Source of the DNA: Basidiobolus meristosporus CBS 931.73
Lineage: Eukaryota; Fungi; Basidiobolomycota
Reading direction: 5' to 3'
Length of the DNA stretch: 59,222 nucleotides
Assembly: GCA_002104905.1 (NCBI GenBank)
Contig: MCFE01000551.1
Coordinates: forward strand, 1 to 59,222
A program made the translations under genes and the position numbers. Below, piece by piece: positions 10,980 through 22,850 of this stretch. The notes below the pieces were generated by a model. It was not told the origin of the DNA. It saw only the letters and a list, made by a program, of their open reading frames with translations, and made no database searches. Numbering within the stretch: the first letter of the stretch is position 1; every line of letters begins with the position of its first letter.

Positions 10980-11491
10980 TTAATTTTTTCTAGTTACCAA
11001 GGGGACTACAGAACGAAGGAAATTTTAGTTGGGTGACCTGTATGGTATATGATAGCTTGGACTTACTAATAATGACCAGCAGAAGGATAATCAAGACGGC
11101 TATAATGATCAGCTTGAGCTTGCAATTTTTCCACCACATGTTCTTGCGAACTTTGTTTGCTCCTCGGCGAAATTGAAGTGCTCCACTTTCAAGATCCTCT
11201 ATGAATGGAAAAAGTGGTCAAAAATCCATGCGGTTGATCTGAGTTTAGGTTCGCTACACACTAACCAGCTTTATGGTTCAACGTGTCCAGGCGCTCGCCG
11301 CGTTCCATAACTTGGTTCACGTTGTCCTGCATGATATTGACTACTTCATCGACCTGCTGCTGTACCAACTTGCTTTTGTTGGGCCCGTCGGAGACGGCGC
11401 CAGGGGTTGGAGAATCGTATGGCGATGACCTTGTTGAGAGACTGGTTATTTCAAAAATTCCTCCTCAAGTGAATCTGAAGAAAGCCTACAT
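10980..11491 (-). CDS. SNC1: Synaptobrevin/VAMP R-SNARE, 107 aa, 4 exons
   Basis: Exons 11491-11490 (AT), 11429-11266, 11198-11067, 11005-10980. QQQVDEVVNIMQDNVNQVMERGERLD...FRRGANKVRKNMWWKNCKLK plus a C-terminal TM segment. Missed by the ORF track. Confidence 0.95.
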
Positions 11492-11945
11492 GTTCGGTAT
11501 TCGGGTGGAAAGAAGTTTGTACAAGAACGAAAGCAAAGTCTCATATATCAAAATCGGGACAATCACGCTATCGGATCAATCACTAAAAACGGAGATTTAT
11601 GTATATATTTAAAAGCAAGTATATATTCTAGCAAAATGACTAAACAGCATTTATCCACTGGTGAATGTGAACGTGAATGTGAATGTTCTACTACAAGGAA
11701 ATGATTAAATTGAAATTTGAACAAGATTAGCAAAACCTATACAAGAGAACCCTAGATGTCTGAAATAAAAGAGGCTTGAATTCGGGGGATGGGAAGATGC
11801 AGAGAAACATACAGCCCGCTAGTCTAAATGCTATATCGCTCAACTACTGGTGCGGCTGTCTTATCTTTTATTCTTCGACTGGTTTCCGCGCCTTCCATTG
11901 CCACCGTTACCGCCACCGCCACCGCTGGTTCCATTCATGCTGCCG

Positions 11946-13214
11946 CTAGTGCAGACTCTGGCCATGTGGAATGTCATGAGCTTTGTGTGATGGCTCATCG
12001 TCGCTGCTGGATGATTCCTGCTTTAACTGTTAACTATGAATTTCGATTCTCCGCGTATTGCGTGCAAACTTACACCGCGAAGCATCGTCATATCTTCCCG
12101 GATTTCTTCCTCTTTAAGCGCGATACTAATGGCAGGACGTGATACATAAAGTTAGGGATATTGTTGAGAGCTCGTGGCGATGGAACTTCGCAACTGCAAA
12201 AAGGATATCACTCAGGTTACGGCGCTTCGTAGGCTTGACTTCGGTATGCTCCATATTCCGTTTGCGCAATTTACGTGTGCTGTGTGAACGGGACGGAGAT
12301 TCGATTGCATACTCTAAGGTAGGCGTATCAGGGAAATGATTGCTATTGGTAAATTGGTTTGGACTGCTTACCGTTGATGATCTGCGAACTATCCTTGTCT
12401 TCCTTAAGTTTACTCTTTTTCTCTTCGATGGTGGCCAATAGCTTTTCTTTGATGCCTTGCTTTTCTCTCTATACCACATTCTTTGGTTAACACGGGGCTG
12501 GTTGGATCAGGAAATACTTGATATGAATTCTACTTCGTATTCTTCCTCGGCTTTTTGGACCTCGGCTTCATAGATACGCTCTACGTGTGTCGTTAGGTAT
12601 TCCCTGTACAGTTTTGTTGCATACAAGCTTTCGTCGCGCTGACTGACTAGCTCTTCAAGTGAAGCTTTAAACTCTGGATGGGTTTCTATTGGGAGAGGCA
12701 TAATTACATTACCATCACCATTTAAGAGCCGTAATATGTTGAATACCGTGATAGATTTGCTTCAATTCTCTACTCAAGCCGTCACTCTTCTCACGGAACA
12801 ATCTACAATTACACGGCGTGTAAGAAAGCAAACCGATGAACCAAAAACGGATCTCCTTATCGAACTCTGTCTCGTTTGGGAAGACGAAAAAGAGGAAAAT
12901 AGCTTACTTGGATTTTCGCAATTCGAATTCTTCATTCAGTCTCGTTATTCGCTCTAGGATTTCCCGGTGAAGCTTTTCTTTTTTACTTTCAGGCTGGATT
13001 ATCCCTAGGATAGAGTGGTGTTGGTAAATTGAGGCGTCAAAGGTAGGCATGAGTTGAGCACTTTTTTGCTCTCAAAAGGAAAAGAGAAAGTGCGGGCAAT
13101 TGATAAAGCAGCAATGAAGCTACGGGGTAGAGACTACTTCGTACCTGGCAGATTTTCCTCCGTTCCGTCTGCAACATCCATATCAGGTGTTTGATTTCTA
13201 CTTGACAGAGACAT
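11946..13214 (-). CDS. SDS3: Sds3-like subunit of the Sin3/Rpd3L HDAC complex (multi-exon)
   Basis: Spliced reading gives KKEKLHREILERITRLNEEF...LFREKSDGLSRELKQIYHETHPEF...AEEEYEREKQGIKEKLLATIEEKKSKLKEDKD, a typical Sds3 coiled coil. The 3' exons are less certain. Confidence 0.8.
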
Positions 13215-13533
13215 GGCAAATTATAGTTTAGGCTTGCTGACAAGATTGTATGCGGAATAACTTGATTTGAGGGGAAGTCAATGACTCTATAAGCAAAGAT
13301 AGAGAAAAGCAAAGGAGTGCGATTTTTCCGGATATAGTCACTCTGCCTTCACCCTCAAGAACGCACCTACTTTTCTTGGTCAAAGCTAAACGCGTAGAGA
13401 AAAGTATTCTTCAGGAAATTACTCGAGAGAATGATAATGGATAATGTAAGGTCACGTGATTATTTATTAACAGAAATATGAGTGTACAAGCAGTCATATA
13501 CCAGATTTTGAAAGAAAATACAAGACATCTCAT

Positions 13534-14520
13534 CTACACACCCAATCCGGCCATCAACTTCTGCAACTCAGCAAGCTCTCGCTCATCTTCTACCTGGTTC
13601 AGAGACTCTCTTAGCTTGGGGACTGTCGAGTGAAATGATCATTAGTTAAGGAGCCCAACAAATTGCACAGTATACTTACCAAGCGTATTCCAGGCTTGTG
13701 GACACACCCAGATTGCAACAGCAGAAAGATTCATCGAAGCCTTTTTTAAACGCCTGAATCAAGTGATTTTTAGTCAGCCATGGCAATGGATAGGTATCTG
13801 ATTGTTCGCCACTAACCAAGAGCCAGACATATTCCCCAGACAGGCATCAACCAGTGCCATTTCCTCTTCAGAGCCGAGTTGCGGCTCACAAGTCAGAAGC
13901 AGCCACTTCAGAGCTTCGAGAGCTTCGGCTTTCAGTTCCTCATCAAGCGAATTTAAAACAATAAAAAGAAGGTATTCCGTTGGGAAGTGTGAGTTCAGAA
14001 ATGTTATTAGCTCCTCTGGAACGCCGCTTTCTTCCTCCTCCTCTACTGTAGATAAGGTTGTCAAGATATTTTTGAGAAATCTAGCACATTGGGTTAGGAT
14101 CTTAGGATCCTGAGTGTTCCTTAAGGTGTCCAGTACCGTGGCCAAGACCTGGTTTTTCTGAACATATACTCGAGTTAAGGCCGCCTGGCAAACCAGGTTA
14201 CTAAATATTCCGAAGACCAATTCTATTGTACGCGAACGCTTGGTCATCGACAAGGAACGTAGTAGCAATTGATCTACCTCCCACTTTTGAAAATCTTGGG
14301 CATACTCAGGGAAACTACTGAGATCCCAGATAGAACACAGTGTAAGCTCGAAAGGGCTGTCTTCACCAAGAATGTCGACAGCATTTTCTATGTCATCCAC
14401 GGTATTACTCTCTATTTTCGATACTAACGAAAGGAGAATGCCTGTAACGGAAGACTGAACAGGCTCCAACTCAGATAATGGAGGTGGGGAAGGGTTACGA
14501 AACTCAGAGTCTAGGTCCAT
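13534..14520 (-). CDS. SAAL1: SAAL1-like ARM-repeat protein
   Basis: Start MDLDSEFRNPSPPP at 14520. LCSIWDLS, RTIELVFGIFSNLVC and QDPKILTQCARFL parallel the motifs I recall for animal SAAL1 (RNPSPPP, ICRVWDMS, REICVGILGNMAC, DPPTLLETSRLL). Two short 3' exons end at TAG 13534-13536. Confidence 0.75.
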
Positions 14521-14788
14521 TTGAGGCCGTTTGCAAAGGGTTTTATTCCAAGAAACCGAAGGTCGGATTCGCACATCATTCAGCTGGGCCAAATTTTGTT
14601 TATTTATCAAGGCTGCTAGCAATCATCGAGCCCACAATCCTGTACAGATTGGAAATTTGAGTGCACATTCCCAGTTCTCGCATAAATTTAAACCCAAAGA
14701 GTCTAGGATTCAGCCACAATCGAATTTCCATGAATTTCCACCATAATATGCATAGTGCGTTCGCTGTATCTTCTAAATCATCTTGCGT

Positions 14789-15620
14789 ATGTCAGAGATG
14801 TCCGCTCCAAGCCATCTTGAAAAAATAGCTGAAGGAAAAGCTCGAAAAGATGAGGGAAACGAGTTTTTCAAAACAGGGGATTACGTCAAAGGTACGTCTT
14901 GATAAGTAGCTTGAGCTCCTCAATATTCCATACTAATTTACAATGTAGCCATGACAAAGTATCATGAGGTAATATATGGGCTCCCGTTTCTTGAATCCTT
15001 TTCAGTCCTTAACACCTTCACAAAAAAAGGCCATTCTTTTTCTAAGCGGGCTAAGTGGTGGTGAGGGAATGCTACCAGGCATTTCAACGGGCCAAAAACC
15101 CCTTGGGGAAAACGAGAAGCTCGAGGTACAAAAAACCCTAGCTATATGCTATAGCAATATGGCAGGTAAAACATTGCACTTTATCATGTCAAGCGGTTGG
15201 ATATATTTTTCTAAGCACCTTTGAAAGCCTGCCACATCAAAAATCAACGCTGGGAACGTGCAACTATGTACGCTGACAAGGTAAGAAAAACCATCGCAGA
15301 ATACAAAACGCACCCGAAGCTAAAATAGATCAAATAGGCATTAACTGCCGATCCCAGTAACGTGAAAGCCCGGTTCCGACGTGCCCAAAGTCTTTTAAAT
15401 CAAGGAAACTTGAATCGTGCCGAAGAAGATTTAAAGAAGCTGTTGGCCGATTCACCTAAAGGTAGCTCCAACTCTTTTGGTCGATTCCCTTAACATATCT
15501 AATACCATACAATTAGATCCATTGGTTCGACGCGAATACGAAATTCTCAAACAGAGATACAAAGAGCAAGACGAGAGGCAACGTAAAGAATTTGCGGGCA
15601 TGTTCGACAAAATGAAATAA
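14789..15620 (+). CDS. TTC9-like TPR protein (3 TPRs, no PPIase domain), 5 introns
   Basis: KDEGNEFFKTGDYVKAMTKYHEA...ICYSNMAACHIKNQRWERA...ALTADPSNVKARFRRAQ...RQRKEFAGMF; all splice junctions are GT-AG and in frame. Confidence 0.85.
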
Positions 15621-17122
15621 ACAAGGAAACTGGCATGAGCCAATTCGATGGTAGTCGATGTTACTTCTAAGTGAAAGGATTCGAACGCCTTTACTTGTTA
15701 TATAAACCATAAATTGAAGAATTACCTCCGATGGCAGCTCCGGCGTCTGAAGAAGTATGCTTTACGCTCTAAATTACATCTTTACAACTGGTCTTGTGGC
15801 AACTAGCTTTGCTAACTTTGGCACATCATTGTTTGCTTAGCATGAAAATATGGAATAGCTTGAATGTGGTTGGAAATAATAATAGACAGTTTATTCGAAT
15901 GACATAGCATTTTTGAAGTTGTTTGCTCGAATTGAGCTCAATTAGGATGTATTCACAGGTTCAGTCATCTAATGGGAACGGTACATATATGCTTCAAAAC
16001 CTACCATTCTATACTACAATACTCGAACCTCTCAGTTACCGATTGGTTTTCGTTCATTTCAGATTTAGATTTCGACCACTGAAACAGGCGTTAAATGGAT
16101 TTGTCAAATATGGTATCAATCAGAATCTTGTTGTTTATGAAACGCAAATTGTAAACAACTGTTTCATCCAATGAACAATGAGTATGCGAAAAATTTTCAT
16201 TCTTTACCAGGGAAAGAACCCATGTAAATGGAAAATAGCGTCATCGATTAACTATATAAGAGAGCCTGAATGCCATGATTACAACTCAGCATTCTAACTG
16301 TGTGAGGTAAGCTACTTTCATTTTTTTATACAAATTCATCGCACTATGTGTGTACAACATGACTTTCAATACCCACGAGTTTTGTTGAAGGATTAACGGT
16401 GCTAAATTCTTTTAAATGGTTACTGTTCGACAATATCCCATTTCTACGATATTGTCATAGTAACCGTTTAGTAAAGCTTTCTTCTATTCTATGTATGTAT
16501 CCGTTTACTTACATTTTCCTTCTAGGACTTGCCCACAAGCCAACTCAGTTTTTTCTCATGTTAATACCTAAATAAATAAACCAAATTTCAACAAAATTAT
16601 TGCAAAATTGATATGCATCTTTTCAAACCCTGAAGCTTACCTCATGGTCAGTCTTGGCATTTGTGAAATCCAGCAGTTTAGAACGGCAAATTTTACAAAT
16701 CGACCAAATAAGCCAATGAGCAATTTACAACATTGCGACTACCATCATTTGGCCATTTTAAGACTGATTTCTTGCAACGTGGTGGCTAGATAGTATCGGT
16801 GGTAATAAGATTCGAGGACTTCTTAATGTATGACAAATGGGTTCTCGGGGATTAATTCCCGTTCCATTAGCAATGGTGCTCCTTTTACTGGTAAAATGGC
16901 AGTTCTCTTCCGTACTTATCATCTTATCTCTTGACCAATCCTAACCTAGTTGAGTGAGCTCTGTACAGATTCCAAAGTAATCTCGGAGGCATGTCATGAG
17001 ATCTAGCGGAATTCCTCAATATCATCCCAATTAGTCGATTGCCCATCGTTTTCAATCTGCTGTGCACACTAGTTTCACGCAACTGTAGAATCCACCCCAT
17101 TATCCCCCAGACGAGTTGAATC

Positions 17123-17130
17123 TATATAAA
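17123..17130 (+). promoter_or_regulatory. TATA box of INO1
   Basis: TATATAAA ~300 bp upstream of the ATG, followed by a pyrimidine-rich stretch. Confidence 0.6.
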
Positions 17131-17265
17131 CTTTCGAGATTTCTCGTTGTTGAAATCAGGTCCTCACCTTTCTCTCAGCGCACCAGTTCTATTTACAGCC
17201 CTAACGCTGTAAGTGTTTGCAACCACGTTCGCCAACCTTTTAAGTTCTCTTCACAATCCGCACCG

Positions 17266-17330
17266 GTATGTCCTCCTCCCATATGATCAATGCTATCACT
17301 TCGCATGCTGACACTAGTTCACTTCCATAG
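17266..17330 (+). other. 5'-UTR intron of INO1 (alternative upstream donor at 17209)
   Basis: GTATGT donor, GCTGAC branch point, CCATAG acceptor; 65 bp matches the local intron size. Confidence 0.65.
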
Positions 17331-17422
17331 GGGTAGAAAAAGAGTTTCCGCTAAAGCAAAGAAATCCCCTTAGTGCCGATTCAGCCCAAACCGTATCAAC
17401 CTTTTTATCTGTCTCTACCGAA

Positions 17423-18991
17423 ATGCCTCCTGCCACTCCTAACTACACCCCTGCCCCCGAAACCAAGGCTTTCCGCGTCAACGCGCCCAACGTTCAGTAC
17501 ACCGATAGTCATATTTTGGCCGACTATGTTTACCAAAATACCAGGGTTACCAAGAACGAATTGGGTGAGATGATTGTCGAGCCAATTGAAACCAGCTACA
17601 AGTTCAAGACTGACCACCGTGTCCCTAAGGTCGGTCTGATGCTTGTTGGCTGGGGTGGAAACAACGGTTCCACCGTCACCGCCAGTATCATTGCTAACCG
17701 TCGCAACGTTCAATGGCGTACCAAGGAAGGTGTCAAGTCACCCAACTACTACGGTTCCGTCGTCCTCTCTTCTACCTTGAAGATTGGCATTGACGAGAAC
17801 GGCAAGGATGTCTTCATTCCCTTCAATGACATCCTTCCCATGATCCACCCTAACGACTTCGTTATTGGCGGATGGGATATCAACGGCGCCAACATGGCCG
17901 AGGCCATGGAGAGGGCTCAGGTGTTGGATGTTGATCTTCAAAGACAGCTCTATGACGAGCTCGCTCAAATGAAGCCTCTTCCATCCGTCTATTTCCCCAC
18001 CTTCATCGCTGCCAACCAAGAGGAGCGTGCCGATAACGTCTTGAAGGGCAGTGTCCAAGAGCAATTGGACGAACTCCGTAAGAACATCAGAGACTTCAAG
18101 GCTAACAACGATCTTGATAAGATCATTGTCCTTTGGACCGCCAACACTGAGCGTTTTGCCGACATCATCGAGGGTGTCAACGACACTGCCGAGAACCTGT
18201 TGAAGGCTGTGGAGCAAGGTCATTCCGAGGTCTCCCCCTCCACTCTCTTTGCCATCGCTTCCATTTTGGAAAATGCTCCATTCATCAACGGTAGTCCACA
18301 AAACTCCTTGGTTCCTGGTGTTGTCGAGCTCGCCGAGAAGCACCAAGTTTACATTGGTGGCGATGACTTCAAGACCGGCCAGACCAAGGTCAAGTCTGTC
18401 CTTGTGGACTTCTTGGTCAATGCTGGTATCAAGCCTATTGCCATCACCAGTTACAACCATCTTGGTAACAACGATGGCAAGAACCTCAGCGCTCCCGAGC
18501 AATTCCGTTCCAAGGAGATTTCCAAGAGTAACGTCGTTGATGACATGGTTGCTGCCAACCACATCCTTTACAAGAAGGGTGAGCACCCTGACCACGTTGT
18601 TGTCATCAAGTATGTTCCTTCCGTGGCTGACTCCAAGCGTGCTTTGGATGAGTATGTCAGCGAAATCTTCATGAATGGTCGCAACACCATCTCGTTGTAC
18701 AACACTTGCGAGGATTCTCTCTTGGCCTCCCCCTTGATCATCGATTTGGCCATTCTTACCGAGTTGATGACTCGTATCGAGTTCAGAACTGCCCAGATGG
18801 AGGAGTACGCACCCTTCCACTCTGTTCTCTCCATCCTCTCCTACTTGTTGAAGGCCCCAGTTGTCCCCAAGGATACTCCGGTAGTCAATGCTCTTAGCAA
18901 GCAGCGTATGGCAATGGAAAACATTTTCCGTGCCTGTGTTGGTCTCCCACCCCAAAACGAGATGTTGCTTGAACACAAGGCATTCCACTAA
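17423..18991 (+). CDS. INO1: myo-inositol-1-phosphate synthase, 522 aa, intronless CDS
   Basis: [49 protein letters not shown]; strong codon bias. Confidence 0.99.
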   Translation: MPPATPNYTPAPETKAFRVNAPNVQYTDSHILADYVYQNTRVTKNELGEMIVEPIETSYKFKTDHRVPKVGLMLVGWGGNNGSTVTASIIANRRNVQWRTKEGVKSPNYYGSVVLSSTLKIGIDENGKDVFIPFNDILPMIHPNDFVIGGWDINGANMAEAMERAQVLDVDLQRQLYDELAQMKPLPSVYFPTFIAANQEERADNVLKGSVQEQLDELRKNIRDFKANNDLDKIIVLWTANTERFADIIEGVNDTAENLLKAVEQGHSEVSPSTLFAIASILENAPFINGSPQNSLVPGVVELAEKHQVYIGGDDFKTGQTKVKSVLVDFLVNAGIKPIAITSYNHLGNNDGKNLSAPEQFRSKEISKSNVVDDMVAANHILYKKGEHPDHVVVIKYVPSVADSKRALDEYVSEIFMNGRNTISLYNTCEDSLLASPLIIDLAILTELMTRIEFRTAQMEEYAPFHSVLSILSYLLKAPVVPKDTPVVNALSKQRMAMENIFRACVGLPPQNEMLLEHKAFH

Positions 18992-19369
18992 ACGCTGTTT
19001 ATGGGGGAAATTAAGCCATCAATTCAATAAAATATTAATGGAAAAAGCAAGTCCCAATGGCATCCCGTTATATATATGAATCAGTCACCCGATGTTAGCG
19101 AACGCAACTAGTCATGTGAAAGAATTCACTGTGGTGATGGAAGATCGATCAAAGGGTGATCAAGTCAGTTGAGCATCAAATTTTCTAAAAAAAATGTCGC
19201 AATCTCTCCGTTAAGAAATACACGCAATGAGGTTTAAGAGCACGTTGGTGAAGGGGCCTGCGGCAGTACTTTTGTCTTCTGCCAGGACTGTGTTCGCTAA
19301 ATACTTCTGCTCCCGCTTGCAGTGAGATATTTGACCAAGGCATCCCCTCTATCTTCCAGTGGCGAATTG

Positions 19370-19944
19370 ATGTCAGACGACTCAGCGTGGGTTCATTGGG
19401 CAAACCATTCATTTGTTGCTGAAATCCCCTTAGAGCCGAAGCAGCCAGACCACTCATACCTACCGATAGCCTGTAGCACCACCTTGAAACGGAATCAGTT
19501 CAGTGATGACGAGTCGGAGTTGAGTTTGGACCTTGAAGAGGAGGCCACTCCGACTTCCAAAAAACCTCGTCATCTGTACTGGCCCATCGCTTCGCAGACT
19601 ACCGGAAAGTAAGGGTTATTCATGTTACGTTTACTCAAACCAGAGGAGTTAATCTTATGTCTGATTTATGAAGTGATCCCCCTGCCGAAGGGAGGTCCAT
19701 GGTCCTACCGAGCCAATTCAAGCCCCTCCGTATATCCACCCGTACGTCGCATCCCACTGAGCCCGACTTGACTGAGTACGAAGATATCAACCAGCTCTTG
19801 AATGCCGCACATAACGTTCGAAGGCAAGCCCACCCTGCGGAGGAAGAATACCGTCCGCAGCAGTTCTCAGCACCAGCCTACCAGAACTACCAAAACATCA
19901 ACGAAGTCCTGCGAGAGTTGCATCTCAACCGAAGAGGCGCTTAA
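19370..19944 (+). CDS. Small disordered protein with two C-terminal YxxINxxLxxxH helices (FAM104/VCF-like), 169 aa
   Basis: Exons 19370-19608 and 19674-19944 joined by a 65-bp GTAAGG...AAG intron, in frame; joins two ORF-track fragments. Confidence 0.75.
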
Positions 19945-20195
19945 GTAGCTTGAGGGTTTCTTTTCCCATGTAACATAGACATCCTGCCACGAGTCGTAGC
20001 GAAGAGTATTTCATCCAGTAATTCTCAATGAATAGAATCGAACCAATCTGTACCCGAACCCATCATGAAACGAGTCCATTACACTTGTTCCATCATGCAT
20101 CTGTGTCCGATCAATAAAAGCCAGCATTCGTGGATGGCTCGGCTGTTCTTGGTGCAAGTCACTTGTGCCTCTCCACCCCGTTATCTTGTTCACTC

Positions 20196-20492
20196 ATGCA
20201 ACTCCGCAAAGGCTTCTTCCTACTTTCCATCATGTCCCTCACCTGGACGCAACCGGGTGCGGCTGGAGTTGCATTGAGCAGGCGGGATATCGTGGAGAGC
20301 CGGTACGCGCTAGACCCCGATGCCATTGACGAGGCCCTAGGGTTGGGCTTCGTGTCCGGAATCTTCACCGGGATCCCAATCATTGAGCATATTGTGGATG
20401 GTGCGTTGAACTACTTCTTCAGATCAGCCAGGAGAAGAAAGCCGGTCGAAAAGGCTCCTCCGCCAGCACCGAAGGTCGAACAGACCAGTTGA
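20196..20492 (+). CDS. Small secreted precursor (98 aa): signal peptide, RR site, amphipathic segment, RRRK
   Basis: MQLRKGFFLLSIMSLTWTQPGAAG-VALSRR-DIVES...GLGFVSGIFTGIPIIEHIVDGALNYFFRSARRRK; gene-like codon use, AATAAA ~50 bp after the stop. Confidence 0.6.
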   Translation: MQLRKGFFLLSIMSLTWTQPGAAGVALSRRDIVESRYALDPDAIDEALGLGFVSGIFTGIPIIEHIVDGALNYFFRSARRRKPVEKAPPPAPKVEQTS

Positions 20493-20638
20493 TCCTTGGG
20501 TGGAAGTGAAGATACTTTTTGTGGTGTTTATTAATTCGAAATAAAATCTTGTGTGCTCACAAAAAAGCTCCCCTAATTTGCATGGAATGGGTATGTATAC
20601 GGGAGGGGAGATGAGAAGAGGGGTGGGAACGCGTGGTT

Positions 20639-22379
20639 TCACACGAGTTCCCGGCTGGTTGGCTTGCCCTCCTGAAGCTTTCTCCCCTCTAAATACTCCA
20701 TGGCTTCTGCGTAGGTTTTCGGCATGATTCGAGGGACTTGGGCAGATTTCCCGCCAGCAAAGGTGAAGTGGAACACGTTGGTCGTGCGTTTGGTGGATTT
20801 CTCATGGTCCAGGACGTCGGCCACTACGGAGATCTGGAATTTCTTGTCTTTCCCACCCGGAGAGTAGACCACCTTGGAGTTGAGTGAGAGGATGGAGCCC
20901 ACTCCAACTGGGCTCTTGAACGAGATATCATCGAGGGCTAGGAAATATGGACGTCCTTTGATGAACAGACATGCGTTGGAGTAGGCCAGCTCAAAGGCCA
21001 GCCGCATGAGGTAACCGCCGAAGATAGAGTTCTGGATGTTGCGATCTTGCGGTTGGCAGAGGACGTAAGACTGGAGGGGGGTTTCATCCATCCAGACCAT
21101 ATTGTCAGGTCGGATGCCTTGGTCAGCGTACTTCAGCCCCTCAAGATGAAGGTCATGGATGACCAAACGTTCTTGAGCGTTCGGAGGCCTCTTCAAAAGG
21201 GATTCAGCAGACGAGTTGCGTTTGCGGGATTTCAATTCTACAATTCGGGATAAGTGGGGGCTTGATCAAGTGGGGGGGGGTGGAGGTGGGTACCTTCGCC
21301 AGCCTGGAAAAGTTTTTTCTCGGCGTCGTTTTGAATGGTGAGGGGGTTCACCTGGGCGGACTTCTTGGACTGCTTATCTCTAGCAACCATAGTAAACCGC
21401 GCGATAAGTATGGTGTCGCTGGCTTCGTTGGGGGTGCTGGGAATGGTTTCGACCTTCATCAAAACTAAAATGTTGATCAATGGGGGGGGGGCACGACGAA
21501 TACATGGGTTCTGAACAATCTACCTTCCATGGAGCTATATCCCACATAGATCACCTTTCCTACAGGTTGATTAGTGGATGGGTGGTTGAATACTGGAGGT
21601 CCGCCTACTCACCGGATAGCTTGAAATCATGTCTTGTATCGAACGGCTTTAATATGTCAATTCTATCCACAGCAGCGGTCATAATGATCAGCGATTGCCA
21701 GCCACGGCTACCGTCATCATTGTGCTTGTAAGCGACCGAAGCCGCCAGTCTATCCAGATCTTTGAAACTCGAGTTTTAGGACAGGTCAGGTGCAAAGATG
21801 ACCAGGACAACTACCTTCAAGAACTTTCCCAATTCTAGCACGCGGCGAGTAGGGTTGAGGGGAGGGGGAGAAACCGGGTTACTAGGTGGTTTGCGAGAGG
21901 TAAAGTTTCGTTCATCTACCTAACACCGCCGTAAGTATTGATGTAGTGCTCGGCAAGTTCGGGGTTGGACTTCAACGGCAGGAGCACTTCGACCACCGAT
22001 TCTTCCATCTTCTTCATGGTGACTTTTCGGGGGACGTATTCTTTGTTCGAGTCTCGGTTTGCTCCGTTTAATATGTTGAGCCAAGGCTCGGTGGAAGTCA
22101 CCGAGAAATCCCAAATCGACCCTGGGGGCGTGGTGGCAGTTTTCTCCTCTTTTGCAAACCAGAGTTGGTTAATGAAGTCAGTTAGAAAGCCAGGAAGTGA
22201 AATAGGCTGCGTATTGTACCGTGACTGCTCATGTTCAACTTTTCGGGGCGAACTGCTTGAAGTGTAGGCGAACACGTTCTAAAAGTCCGCACACCTACCA
22301 AGGAGCCCAACCGCCTCGAGGAGATCTGGCGAAGACTGGCTGCGGGAAATGCGTGGAGGGTTTTGTGGGGGAGATTCAT
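20639..22379 (-). CDS. Mitochondrial double-hotdog acyl-CoA thioesterase (ACOT9-like), multi-exon
   Basis: Arg-rich presequence MNLPHK...RTFRTCS; RIGKVLEDLDRLAA, IMTAAVDRID, YVGYSSMEV, PQDRNIQNSIFGGYLMRLAFELA, TTNVFHFTF; introns restore one frame. Confidence 0.92.
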
Positions 22380-22850
22380 AACTGCCAGGTGGGTTAGTTG
22401 GCGAACTTTATAAACTAGCAAATGACGAAAGTTCGGCAACTCTTGAGCCTGGAGCACCTTCTATATATGGTAGTTCATCAATGATTATCCTCTGGATCAC
22501 TCTCATCTTTCGGTGATAAGATTAAGTTGAATCTCCAGATGAATTCCGTTTATTAGTAGAGTAACAGTAATCGATGTCACGGGGGTGCATTTGAGATTAA
22601 TACGCATTGTCTGGCAATTCATCCTCCGAACATGTCTCGGTGTGACCTAGTGTCTCGGTTTGGTCGTTTATACTATATTACGAATTATGGCTTATGGAGC
22701 TACTTACCGAACCAGCGATTAGCAGACATCGTCATGAGTATAGCTTCTGCTTGGGTGGGCAGCAACAGGTGGTTCGATGAATCCAGCTCGGACAAGTCAC
22801 TTCGAAACATTGTTAGTGGGCAAAACAGGCTTCGAAAACAGAAGAGATAC

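Noticed and set aside
17738-18988. 416-aa antisense ORF over INO1
   Set aside because: Shadow of strong codon bias (sense TTA/CTA/TCA codons avoided); in register with INO1 codons and no recognisable motifs.
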